This document shows positions 9,375 to 16,549 of a stretch of DNA of 64,000 nucleotides, one piece after another. Under the pieces are notes generated by a model. The model had not been told where the DNA came from, did no database searches, and was given only the letters and a program-made list of their open reading frames with translations. Position 1 is the first letter of the stretch. Each line of letters opens with the position of its first letter. The position numbers and the translations under genes were made by a program. Location of the stretch: contig JBAZTH010000001.1 in assembly GCA_041661965.1 (NCBI GenBank), positions 291,221 through 355,220 on the forward strand. The letters are read 5' to 3'. This DNA is from Candidatus Margulisiibacteriota bacterium. Lineage in GTDB: Bacteria > Margulisbacteria > WOR-1 > O2-12-FULL-45-9 > XYB2-FULL-48-7.

Positions 9375-9723
9375 AAAGATAAAGCCCCACTTTTTCAAGT
9401 CTTTCTTTGTGTAGCTAGAACTAGCTAGCAGGCATCATTTTCCCTTCTCCCAGCTTCTCCATTGTAGCATTTTTCCGCCTATACCCTGTCAAGGGGTCGC
9501 TCGCAGATATACATCAATAAAAATCTAATGTAGCTCGCGCCCCTCTGCTCCAGTCGTCCTCGACTCGCCCTCACATTAAATCAATGAAGCATTATAGTTC
9601 GGGCTTGCTCGTCCTCTTTTCGCGCCCTCCACCGATCCGCTCGTTATCCCTCGCGGATCGGCTCCGGGTGACAGGGGCGAAAAAATGCTATTGGCATGGC
9701 ATCTTTTTTGGGAGGTGTCGCTT

Positions 9724-10251
9724 ATGGTACGTGTCGTTGGCTTCATTGGTTCCCGCTCCTTGCCCGCTTCATTTTCTCCTCTTGTTTCCTCGTCCGTTTC
9801 CCTCTTTTTGTCCCGTGGCTTCCGGGTTGCTTCCGGTGGCGCTTTGGGGGCTGATTCATTCGCCCTCTCTGCCTTGCTCCGGCAGGGGGCCGCTTCTTCC
9901 GGGGTGCTATTCTCCGCTTGGCAGTCCGCTTCTGGGTTCCCTGCTTCGGTTCGTCCCCAGGTCAGCCGGTTCCTTGCTTCCGGCGGCCAGGTCGTTTGGG
10001 GTTCTGCTTCGCCCGGCGCGTCCCGCCAGCAGGCTGTCTCCGCGCTTTTGGGCCGCAACCGGCGGCTGGCCTCTTCCTGTTCGGTTCTGGTGGCTTTCCT
10101 CTTCGGTCCTTCCCGCGGCTCCCTTTTTACGGTGCGTCAGGCGGTTAGCCGTGGCGTTCCGGTGGTGGTTTTCCTTTGCGGGGGCGGGGCTGCTTTGCCC
10201 CCTGATCTAGCCAGGCACTGTTTTATTTTCAACAAAAAGGAGGTGCTTTAG
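9724..10251 (+). CDS. Minimal DprA/Smf-like Rossmann-fold protein, 175 aa
   Basis: VVGFIGSRSLP…RVASGGALGADSFALSAL…GRNRRLASSCSVLVAF…RGSLFTVRQAVSRGVPVVVF aligns with the DprA core (VGSR…SGxAxGID…RNRiisgLs…sGsLiTa). RBS GGGAGGTG 8 nt upstream. Coding strand strongly A-depleted. Confidence 0.5.
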   Translation: MVRVVGFIGSRSLPASFSPLVSSSVSLFLSRGFRVASGGALGADSFALSALLRQGAASSGVLFSAWQSASGFPASVRPQVSRFLASGGQVVWGSASPGASRQQAVSALLGRNRRLASSCSVLVAFLFGPSRGSLFTVRQAVSRGVPVVVFLCGGGAALPPDLARHCFIFNKKEVL

Positions 10252-10430
10252 TGGCTATTTCAGTTTTGTCCCCATGTCTGCAGTGCGGCAGCTTACTGCC
10301 AGGAGTTAGATGCCGTCCTCACAATCGGACCAGATGCGCCCGGTTTCTTAACTATGTTCAGTCTCTTAGCAAAAACCGCGCCCACCACATTCTGATCAAA
10401 GAATTGAAAGAATTAATTATCAAAAATTAA
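10251..10430 (+). CDS. Possible small Cys/His-rich (zinc-ribbon-like) protein, 59 aa, translationally coupled via TAGTG
   Basis: AGGAGG 8 nt upstream of the GTG; CLQCG…C…H…C. Weak support. Confidence 0.3.
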   Translation: MAISVLSPCLQCGSLLPGVRCRPHNRTRCARFLNYVQSLSKNRAHHILIKELKELIIKN

Positions 10431-10439
10431 GATTGATCA

Positions 10440-10473
10440 TTGTTTGGTTATTGCGTCTTGGTTATTGGTTATT
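10440..10473 (+). promoter_or_regulatory. Copy C of the repeated leader element
   Basis: TTGTTTGGTTATTGCGTCTTGGTTATTGGTTATT, followed by AAAAAAGGAGG and the ATG at 10494. Confidence 0.6.
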
Positions 10474-10493
10474 TAAAAAAGGAGGTGTTTCAG

Positions 10494-10667
10494 ATGAGAA
10501 GATGTTCTGTTTGCCGGGCATTGCTGACCCCTTGCAACGAGGGGCTTGATCATATCGGCTTCGAGCCGTACACGCTCAACCGGGTGGTCTTCATTTGCCA
10601 GGGTTGCTTGAACTCGATCCAAAATCAGATCGAATATGGCATATCTTATCAATATGCCGAGGTTTGA
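10494..10667 (+). CDS. Small cysteine-rich protein (CxxC…CxxC), 57 aa
   Basis: RBS AGGAGG then ATG; MRRCSVCRALLTPCNEGLDH…FICQGCLNSI; followed by a terminator. Confidence 0.5.
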   Translation: MRRCSVCRALLTPCNEGLDHIGFEPYTLNRVVFICQGCLNSIQNQIEYGISYQYAEV

Positions 10668-10678
10668 TCCCATCAGGC

Positions 10679-10717
10679 CCGCTTCCTTCCACCAAAGGGA
10701 AGCGGGTCATTTTTTTG
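10679..10717 (+). terminator. Rho-independent terminator
   Basis: Hairpin CCCGCTTCCcTTccaccAAAGGGAAGCGGG followed by TTTTTTT. Confidence 0.7.
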
Positions 10718-10753
10718 GTGATTATCTCTTGGTTATTTAGTGGTCATTGAATT

Positions 10754-10787
10754 TTGTTTGGTAATTGTTTCTTGGTAATTGGTTATT
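10754..10787 (+). promoter_or_regulatory. Copy D of the repeated leader element
   Basis: TTGTTTGGTAATTGTTTCTTGGTAATTGGTTATT, then AAAAAAGGGAG and the ATG at 10809. Confidence 0.6.
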
Positions 10788-10808
10788 TAAAAAAGGGAGT
10801 TGGTAAAA

Positions 10809-11207
10809 ATGGGTGAGTATATTAAAAACATTGCGACCGGGGAAGAGATAAAGATCGGGGTCATGGATAATTGCTTTTTTAGTCGGGCGGAGATCAAGGA
10901 GTGGCTGTTCGATCCCGATTGGGTCGGTTGGTATGCCGGCAAGGAAGAGGCCGGGACGCTTGAGTCGTTTTACGACAATCCCGGTACTTTATACGATGGG
11001 ATTCCGGGGTTGATCCGGAAAGATTTCGCGATCCTTGTCCCTTTGGGCGATTTGGAAGTTTGCGATCATCGCAAAGTTGATGTTTGGAAGAAAGGGAAGC
11101 GCGGGACTGGCTATCAATACACGGTTGAGTGCGAATTTAAGGGGAAGAACGAGCTGTGGGCGGCAGTTGGGCAATTTTTGCTTGCGATTGTTGCGACACT
11201 TTATTGA
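10809..11207 (+). CDS. Hypothetical protein, 132 aa
   Basis: ORF directly downstream of leader copy D with an RBS. No recognisable motif. Confidence 0.45.
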   Translation: MGEYIKNIATGEEIKIGVMDNCFFSRAEIKEWLFDPDWVGWYAGKEEAGTLESFYDNPGTLYDGIPGLIRKDFAILVPLGDLEVCDHRKVDVWKKGKRGTGYQYTVECEFKGKNELWAAVGQFLLAIVATLY

Positions 11208-11307
11208 GTCTTCCCCAGGAGTTGATTAATAAAGCCTTAGAGCAAATGAGTCCGGACCAGCGAGAGTATCTTACGCCGTTGCTAAAAGGGAGATCCTGAT
11301 CCATAAA

Positions 11308-11331
11308 GGGGGCGGAAGCGCCCCCTTTTTT
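11308..11331 (+). terminator. Rho-independent terminator
   Basis: GGGGGCGgaaGCGCCCCC followed by TTTTTT. Confidence 0.7.
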
Positions 11332-11347
11332 GTGGTCGCCGGTATAT

Positions 11348-11376
11348 TTGACAACTCAAGCGATGAGTTGTATCAT
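11348..11376 (+). promoter_or_regulatory. Sigma-70-like promoter (TTGACA-17-TATCAT) with a perfect palindromic operator in the spacer
   Basis: TTGACA at 11348–11353; palindrome ACAACTCAagcgaTGAGTTGT at 11351–11371; -10 TATCAT at 11371–11376, about 40 nt before the HTH gene. Confidence 0.5.
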
Positions 11377-11415
11377 ATGGTAACAAGTAGTAATAAGTAG
11401 TAGGAGGCGGTAGCA

Positions 11416-12237
11416 ATGAGTAGCCTGGTTGTTGGTAAATCGTGGCTGACATTGGAAGAGCTTTCCCAGTATCTTTGTTTCAGCAAAGAGAAGATATATT
11501 TACTGCTAAAAGCCAGACAAATTCCAGCGGTGAAAGTCGGACGGCACTGGCGCTTTAACCGGCAACATATCGATGAATGGTTAATAAGTTTAACCCCATC
11601 CGTAGAACAAAAACCGGAGAACACGGAAAAACAACAATATTCAGCTTCGTTGGGGATTGTCGGGCCTGCTGGGTCGATCAAAGTTGTCTTGCAAAAAGAA
11701 GTTGTTGATCCAAAACTCCAAAACGATTTATGGGCAACCTATCACGATACTTTTGAAAGAAACAAGGAAAAGGCGGCCCAAGATCAGCGTTCTTACGATC
11801 GATCGACTTTTATTGACGCGTTAACCGATCCGGATTATCTTAAATTCGTTCTGGTCAAAGACGATTCGATCAAGGGCTTAAGTTTGGCGACCAATAATTT
11901 AGATAAGGCCCGTATTGTTTACATGAATCCGGAATACTTCAAAACCCGATACCCCAATTTTGCTCAAGCCGGAAAAATCTTTTATGTTACCGCTCTAAGC
12001 GTGATCTCCGGCTTTCATGAATTAAAGGGAATCAATGAGCTTTTGACGACCATGATCCATTTTATCGACCAAAACGAAGCGGTCGTCGCCTTTGATTATT
12101 CGGAAAATAAAAATCATTTTCTCCCTGATCTGATCCAACTGCTGGCCAGGCGGAATAATATCCCGGTGATCGGCAATAAACTGGATGCACAGGTCTATTT
12201 TGAAATATATGGTGAAAAAAACCGTCAGCCGGAGTAA
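11416..12237 (+). CDS. Excisionase-family HTH DNA-binding domain protein with an uncharacterised ~200-aa C-terminal domain
   Basis: N-terminal LTLEELSQYLCFSKEKIYLLLKARQIPAVKVGRHWRFNRQHIDEWL matches the HTH_17/excisionase signature (…TIYRLIKRGELPAYKIGRRWRI…DLDEWL). Confidence 0.55.
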   Translation: MSSLVVGKSWLTLEELSQYLCFSKEKIYLLLKARQIPAVKVGRHWRFNRQHIDEWLISLTPSVEQKPENTEKQQYSASLGIVGPAGSIKVVLQKEVVDPKLQNDLWATYHDTFERNKEKAAQDQRSYDRSTFIDALTDPDYLKFVLVKDDSIKGLSLATNNLDKARIVYMNPEYFKTRYPNFAQAGKIFYVTALSVISGFHELKGINELLTTMIHFIDQNEAVVAFDYSENKNHFLPDLIQLLARRNNIPVIGNKLDAQVYFEIYGEKNRQPE

Positions 12238-12249
12238 AATTAGTCGTAG

Positions 12250-14187
12250 ATGCACCAGAACTATCTCATTTATACACCAATCTTAGCGGCTTCTTTAGTT
12301 TTAAGCCTGTACATTCTATTCCGTGATTCAAAAAACGGCCCTCATCGGGTCTTAAGCGCCCTGATCTTCTCTCTTTTTGTTTGGGTCTTTTGCCTGCTGA
12401 TAACTGACACGACGCAGGACCTATCGACCGCTCTATTTTGGGGGAGAATGGCGATCATTGGTCCCTCTTTTATTCCGGCCTTGTTCCTTTGCTTTACGTT
12501 AGTATTTCCAAAAGTAAATCTGACCGTTTTCCGGTTAATAACGATATTGTTGCCGGCCTTAGCCTTTACTGTTTTATCGCCGACGGCGCTTAATGTCGAA
12601 GCGGTGGCGATCCATGGTTGGGGGACGGAGATATTTCCTGGGGTTCTCTACCGCTATCTGTTGGCATATTTTTTGGTTTATTTTGGTTTGGCTTTTATTC
12701 TCTTATTCCAAAATTATCAAAACGGTCCAATCTCGACCAAAAACCAGATCAGGTATGTATTTTTTGGCGCGCTTATCGCGGTGCTTTTAGGTTTATGCAC
12801 CAATTTGATCTTAATTGAATTTGGCCTTTCGCAATTCAGTGTTTTAGGGCCTTTTTCCACGTTAATCTTTTCCGCTGTTACCGCTTACGCGATTATTAAA
12901 CACCGCCTGATCGATATTTCGGTCGTTATTAGTCGGTGGGTCGCGGAGTTGGCGGCCGCTTCCATTTTTAGCGTGATCTATCTCGCTTTAGCCTGGGGAT
13001 ATAAAGCTTTTTTTGCCAACGCTCTTAATTTGCCGTTTATTATTTTGACTTTAATTTATGGTTTTATGGTCGCCCAATATCATCTACGGGTCAGGCTGTT
13101 TATCCAAACTACCTCCGACAAGCTGATCCTGCGCGGTAAATATGACTACTATCAATCATTGGCGAATGTCGGCCTTGAGATCAATAAAAGCCTTTCCCTG
13201 GAGAATATTAAGGCGACTTTGCGCCGGGTCTTTTTTGAGGTGATGGAGGTTTCCAATCCCAGGCTGTTTCTCCCGGCCGATTTTTCCCGTCCGGAAGTTA
13301 AAGCGCTTATCGCGGAGGAGATCGTTTTCAAAGGAAATGATCTGGTCATTCCCTGCCGGATCGAGAACCGGCTTGTTGCCCTGATCGCGCTGGGGAAAAA
13401 ATTATCGGAGGATGCCTATACTGACGAGGATTTGCGCCTCCTTAACTCTTTGTCCAGCCAGGTGGCGGTGGCGATCGATCATACCAGGACCTACGATGAG
13501 ATCAAGAAAGAGCTGGAAACAGCCCAAGTTCAACTCGACCGCGCCCAGCGGCTGGCCGCGCTGGGAACGATTGCCGCCGGCGTGGCCCACGAGATTCGCA
13601 ACCCTTTGACCGTTATCCAGACGGAAACTGATATATTGGTGAAAGCCCCGAAGGGGGTGGAAGAGTTAAAGACTTTCCAGGAAAAAGTTACTTCTCATAT
13701 CAAAAGAGCGACCGCTATTATCAGGAACATGCTTAACCTGACAAAAAGCGAAAAAAGAGTGGAATTACCGGTCGACCTCAATGCGCTTATTGAGGCGACG
13801 ATCGGCTTCTTTTCTTTGGACCGGATAGTTTTGCGGAAGGAATTGAAGCCGCTTTCCGTGATCAAAGGCAATCCTGATGAGCTTCGGCAGGTCTTGGTCA
13901 ATCTTATTGATAATGCCCTGGCTGTAATGCCGGAAGGGGGCGCTCTGGGGATAAAAACGTATCAAACAGAAGGGCATGTTTTTATTGAGGTTTCCGATAC
14001 CGGACCGGGGATCGCTAAAGAAAATCTTTCCAGGATATTTGACCCATTCTTTTCGACCCGGCATGATGGGGCTGGCTTGGGGTTGTCGATAGTTTACCGA
14101 ATTGTCAGGGAGCATGGGGGCAAGATTGAAGTGAAAAGTCCCTCCGCCGATCCGGAGTTCAAGACAACTTTTATTCTTTCTTTTTAA
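12250..14187 (+). CDS. Sensor histidine kinase with N-terminal multi-TM sensor domain
   Basis: About 230-aa polytopic N-terminus; H-box GVAHEIRNPLTVI; N/G boxes LIDNALAV…DTGPGI…GAGLGLSIV. Confidence 0.8.
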   Translation: MHQNYLIYTPILAASLVLSLYILFRDSKNGPHRVLSALIFSLFVWVFCLLITDTTQDLSTALFWGRMAIIGPSFIPALFLCFTLVFPKVNLTVFRLITILLPALAFTVLSPTALNVEAVAIHGWGTEIFPGVLYRYLLAYFLVYFGLAFILLFQNYQNGPISTKNQIRYVFFGALIAVLLGLCTNLILIEFGLSQFSVLGPFSTLIFSAVTAYAIIKHRLIDISVVISRWVAELAAASIFSVIYLALAWGYKAFFANALNLPFIILTLIYGFMVAQYHLRVRLFIQTTSDKLILRGKYDYYQSLANVGLEINKSLSLENIKATLRRVFFEVMEVSNPRLFLPADFSRPEVKALIAEEIVFKGNDLVIPCRIENRLVALIALGKKLSEDAYTDEDLRLLNSLSSQVAVAIDHTRTYDEIKKELETAQVQLDRAQRLAALGTIAAGVAHEIRNPLTVIQTETDILVKAPKGVEELKTFQEKVTSHIKRATAIIRNMLNLTKSEKRVELPVDLNALIEATIGFFSLDRIVLRKELKPLSVIKGNPDELRQVLVNLIDNALAVMPEGGALGIKTYQTEGHVFIEVSDTGPGIAKENLSRIFDPFFSTRHDGAGLGLSIVYRIVREHGGKIEVKSPSADPEFKTTFILSF

Positions 14188-14647
14188 GTTCTTCTCTTTT
14201 ATCGATATGTCGGCCGAAGGTTTCCAGTACCATCGATGTTTCCGCGTCCGATTTAGAAAAGAACCGTTTGATCGTTCCAATCAGTTCGTCTTCTACGAAA
14301 GGCTTGGTGATATACCCGGCGACATAGCCTCCCGTTGCCTTTTCCCATTTTTCCTCGTCTTCATAAGCAGTGACCATTATGATCCCAATTTGGTCTTCAT
14401 ATTCTTTTCTGATCTTTTGGAGAAATTGCAGGCCGTCCATCTCCGGCATTTTAATGTCTAAAAGTATCAGCCTGACGCGATTGCTGGAAGGGAGCAGCTT
14501 GCGATTGTGCTTATGGAGTATTTCCAAGGCTTCTTTGGCTGAATTGGCGGTCAGTGCGTCAAATTCATCCGTTTCTTTAATTAATCGGGCGGTTCCTTCC
14601 GCGATTTCCACCTCATCGTCGACGACTAAAACTAATGGCTTTTTCAT
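14171..14647 (-). CDS. Single-domain response regulator (CheY-like receiver), 158 aa
   Basis: MKKPLVLVVDDEVEIAE…LILLDIKMPEMDGLQFL…IIMVTAY…GYITKPF. RBS GGAGGTG upstream of the ATG at 14647. 3' end overlaps the kinase gene by 17 nt (convergent). Confidence 0.75.
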   Translation of the reverse strand: MKKPLVLVVDDEVEIAEGTARLIKETDEFDALTANSAKEALEILHKHNRKLLPSSNRVRLILLDIKMPEMDGLQFLQKIRKEYEDQIGIIMVTAYEDEEKWEKATGGYVAGYITKPFVEDELIGTIKRFFSKSDAETSMVLETFGRHIDKREELKKKE

Positions 14648-14738
14648 GGTGACACCTCCAAAATGATTTTGATTGTCCCATGGTTGTGGGAAAGAAGTCA
14701 ACTTGTAATTAAGAAAGAGGATATAATTAAAAACAAAT

Positions 14739-15659
14739 ATGCGCATCTATCTTAAAGATTCCCATTGGTTGGAATACTTGAGATATCGACGACTTTCCCG
14801 GTTGTCTCGATCGACTCACGAGAAAATCCGGATCGAGATTGGTTTGTATTTCAGTTATTTAAAGAAAGTCGGCATAAAGTCAATAAATGAAGCAAACGAG
14901 GAAATGGTCAGTGATTATTTGCTCGATTGTAAAAACAGTAAATATTGGCTGACTGGACGGAAAAGAAGCGTTTTTACCATTGCTTATAAGCGGATGCTTC
15001 TTTGGAATTATTACGAATTCCTGCAAAAAAATGGCTACTACCCGGTTAATCCCTTTAGGAATATCCCCCCTTTATTGTTACCGAAGAAAATCCCTCCTTA
15101 TTTATCAACGCGGCAGATAATCAAGCTCTTTAAGGTGGCGGTTAGAAACAAAAAGCGGCCGACCCAATTTCAAATAAGATTGCGGGCTTATATGGCTTTA
15201 TTGTTTTTCTACGGACTGACAAACCACGAAGTGTTCAGGATAAGAATTAAAGACCTAGATTTCCTTAATGGGGTTATTCTTATTCGCCGGACAAGAACTC
15301 ATGATAGACGTGCTTTGCCCTTATTCTCCCCGATTACAAGCTGGTTGCAGGATTATATTGAAATCCGACCCAAAAGAAGATCTCCCAACTTATTTCAATG
15401 TGTAAAAAGAAAAAGTCATTACAGCTATTTTAGTTCAAGGGGCGATTTACTGCATATATCAAGGAAACTTCATTTTCCGGTGAGTGCCTCAATTATTCGA
15501 AACACCTTTTTTGTAATTATGAGCAATAACCGGGTCGAGCACCGGGTTATTCAGGCGATCGTCGGTTCCCACACGATAAGAACAATAAAAAAACGAGCAA
15601 GCAAGAGTCTCGCCGGCAAAAGAGAAACGGTTGAGAAATATTTGCAGGGCATTACATGA
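14739..15659 (+). CDS. Tyrosine recombinase (phage-integrase family), first of a trio. C-terminal motifs atypical.
   Basis: Integrase-like core (…LFFYGLTNHEVFRIRIKDLD…, LHISRKLHFPVSASIIRNTF) but no canonical LGH…T..Y box. Stop overlaps the next start (ATGA). Confidence 0.55.
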   Translation: MRIYLKDSHWLEYLRYRRLSRLSRSTHEKIRIEIGLYFSYLKKVGIKSINEANEEMVSDYLLDCKNSKYWLTGRKRSVFTIAYKRMLLWNYYEFLQKNGYYPVNPFRNIPPLLLPKKIPPYLSTRQIIKLFKVAVRNKKRPTQFQIRLRAYMALLFFYGLTNHEVFRIRIKDLDFLNGVILIRRTRTHDRRALPLFSPITSWLQDYIEIRPKRRSPNLFQCVKRKSHYSYFSSRGDLLHISRKLHFPVSASIIRNTFFVIMSNNRVEHRVIQAIVGSHTIRTIKKRASKSLAGKRETVEKYLQGIT

Positions 15660-16549
15660 GGTTAAATAAATGCGTAAGGTCCTATATGTCGGGGAACAAG
15701 CATATTAAAAGGCTATCGATAAACACCATGGTTTTTCAAAAACGAGTTCTTGCTAAATATCTTCCCGATGTTCTGACTGTCGAAGACATTACGGTCAAAA
15801 TGATTCAAACGATATTTGATTTGATGAAAAAGGAAAGGGTTTCGCCGGCGACCATTCGATCTCGCTATGCGATAATAATGGCGTTTCTTAATCATTGCTA
15901 TCGCCACAAACACCTGAAATTCAACCCTTCTTTTACTATTAAAAAAATCAGGAAATATCGAGCCCAAAAAATCCCTTTGAATGGGCTGGCATTGCGCAAG
16001 ATGTTGGACGTTAATATTAACTATCGTTATTGCCATGATTTTCAATATTATCGGAATAAAGCAATTATTGGCCTGCTGATTTATACTGGCTTGAGAGTCG
16101 GAGAGGTTGATCGTCTGCGGAAAGACGATGTTCATGACGACTATGTAAATATAATTGCCGGGAAAGGGCGGTTTGATCGGGTCGTGCCTATTCAAGAGCC
16201 GCTGATTTCCTGGCTAGCCAATTACTTAAAAAGCCGTAAACACTTTCATTCAAACCGTCTCTTTATCGGTCTGTTCAAAAAATCGCAATTCAATCGCAAT
16301 ACCGTAAACATAATTGTTAAAAATGTGGCGCGCGCGGCTAAAATTCGAAAGAAAGTATATGCCCATTTGTTGCGGCATTCGTTTGCCAGCCAAATGTTAA
16401 AAGGCCGGGTCGATCTGGAAGACTTACGGCAAATAATGGGGCATCAGAACCTTGAAATGACCGCGATGTACGCAAAACCAGATTTTGAAATGGTGAAGGA
16501 AGCGTTATTATCAAACCCAATGGTAAAGATATTAGGAGGTGAAAAATGA
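15656..16549 (+). CDS. Tyrosine recombinase (XerC/D-like), second of the trio
   Basis: GLRVGEVDRL…AHLLRHSFASQMLKGRVDLEDLRQIMGHQNLEMTAMYAK (R…HxxR…GH…Y). Confidence 0.75.
   Translation: MRLNKCVRSYMSGNKHIKRLSINTMVFQKRVLAKYLPDVLTVEDITVKMIQTIFDLMKKERVSPATIRSRYAIIMAFLNHCYRHKHLKFNPSFTIKKIRKYRAQKIPLNGLALRKMLDVNINYRYCHDFQYYRNKAIIGLLIYTGLRVGEVDRLRKDDVHDDYVNIIAGKGRFDRVVPIQEPLISWLANYLKSRKHFHSNRLFIGLFKKSQFNRNTVNIIVKNVARAAKIRKKVYAHLLRHSFASQMLKGRVDLEDLRQIMGHQNLEMTAMYAKPDFEMVKEALLSNPMVKILGGEK

Noticed and set aside
9576-10210. Overlapping ORFs 9576–10058 (−), 9584–10210 (+) and 9918–10148 (+) in the A-depleted islet
   Set aside because: The A-depleted + strand removes stop codons from all forward frames and from the reverse strand. 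Only the 9724–10251 frame shows DprA-like motifs and a proper RBS; the others translate to Pro/Ser/Leu/Arg low-complexity strings.
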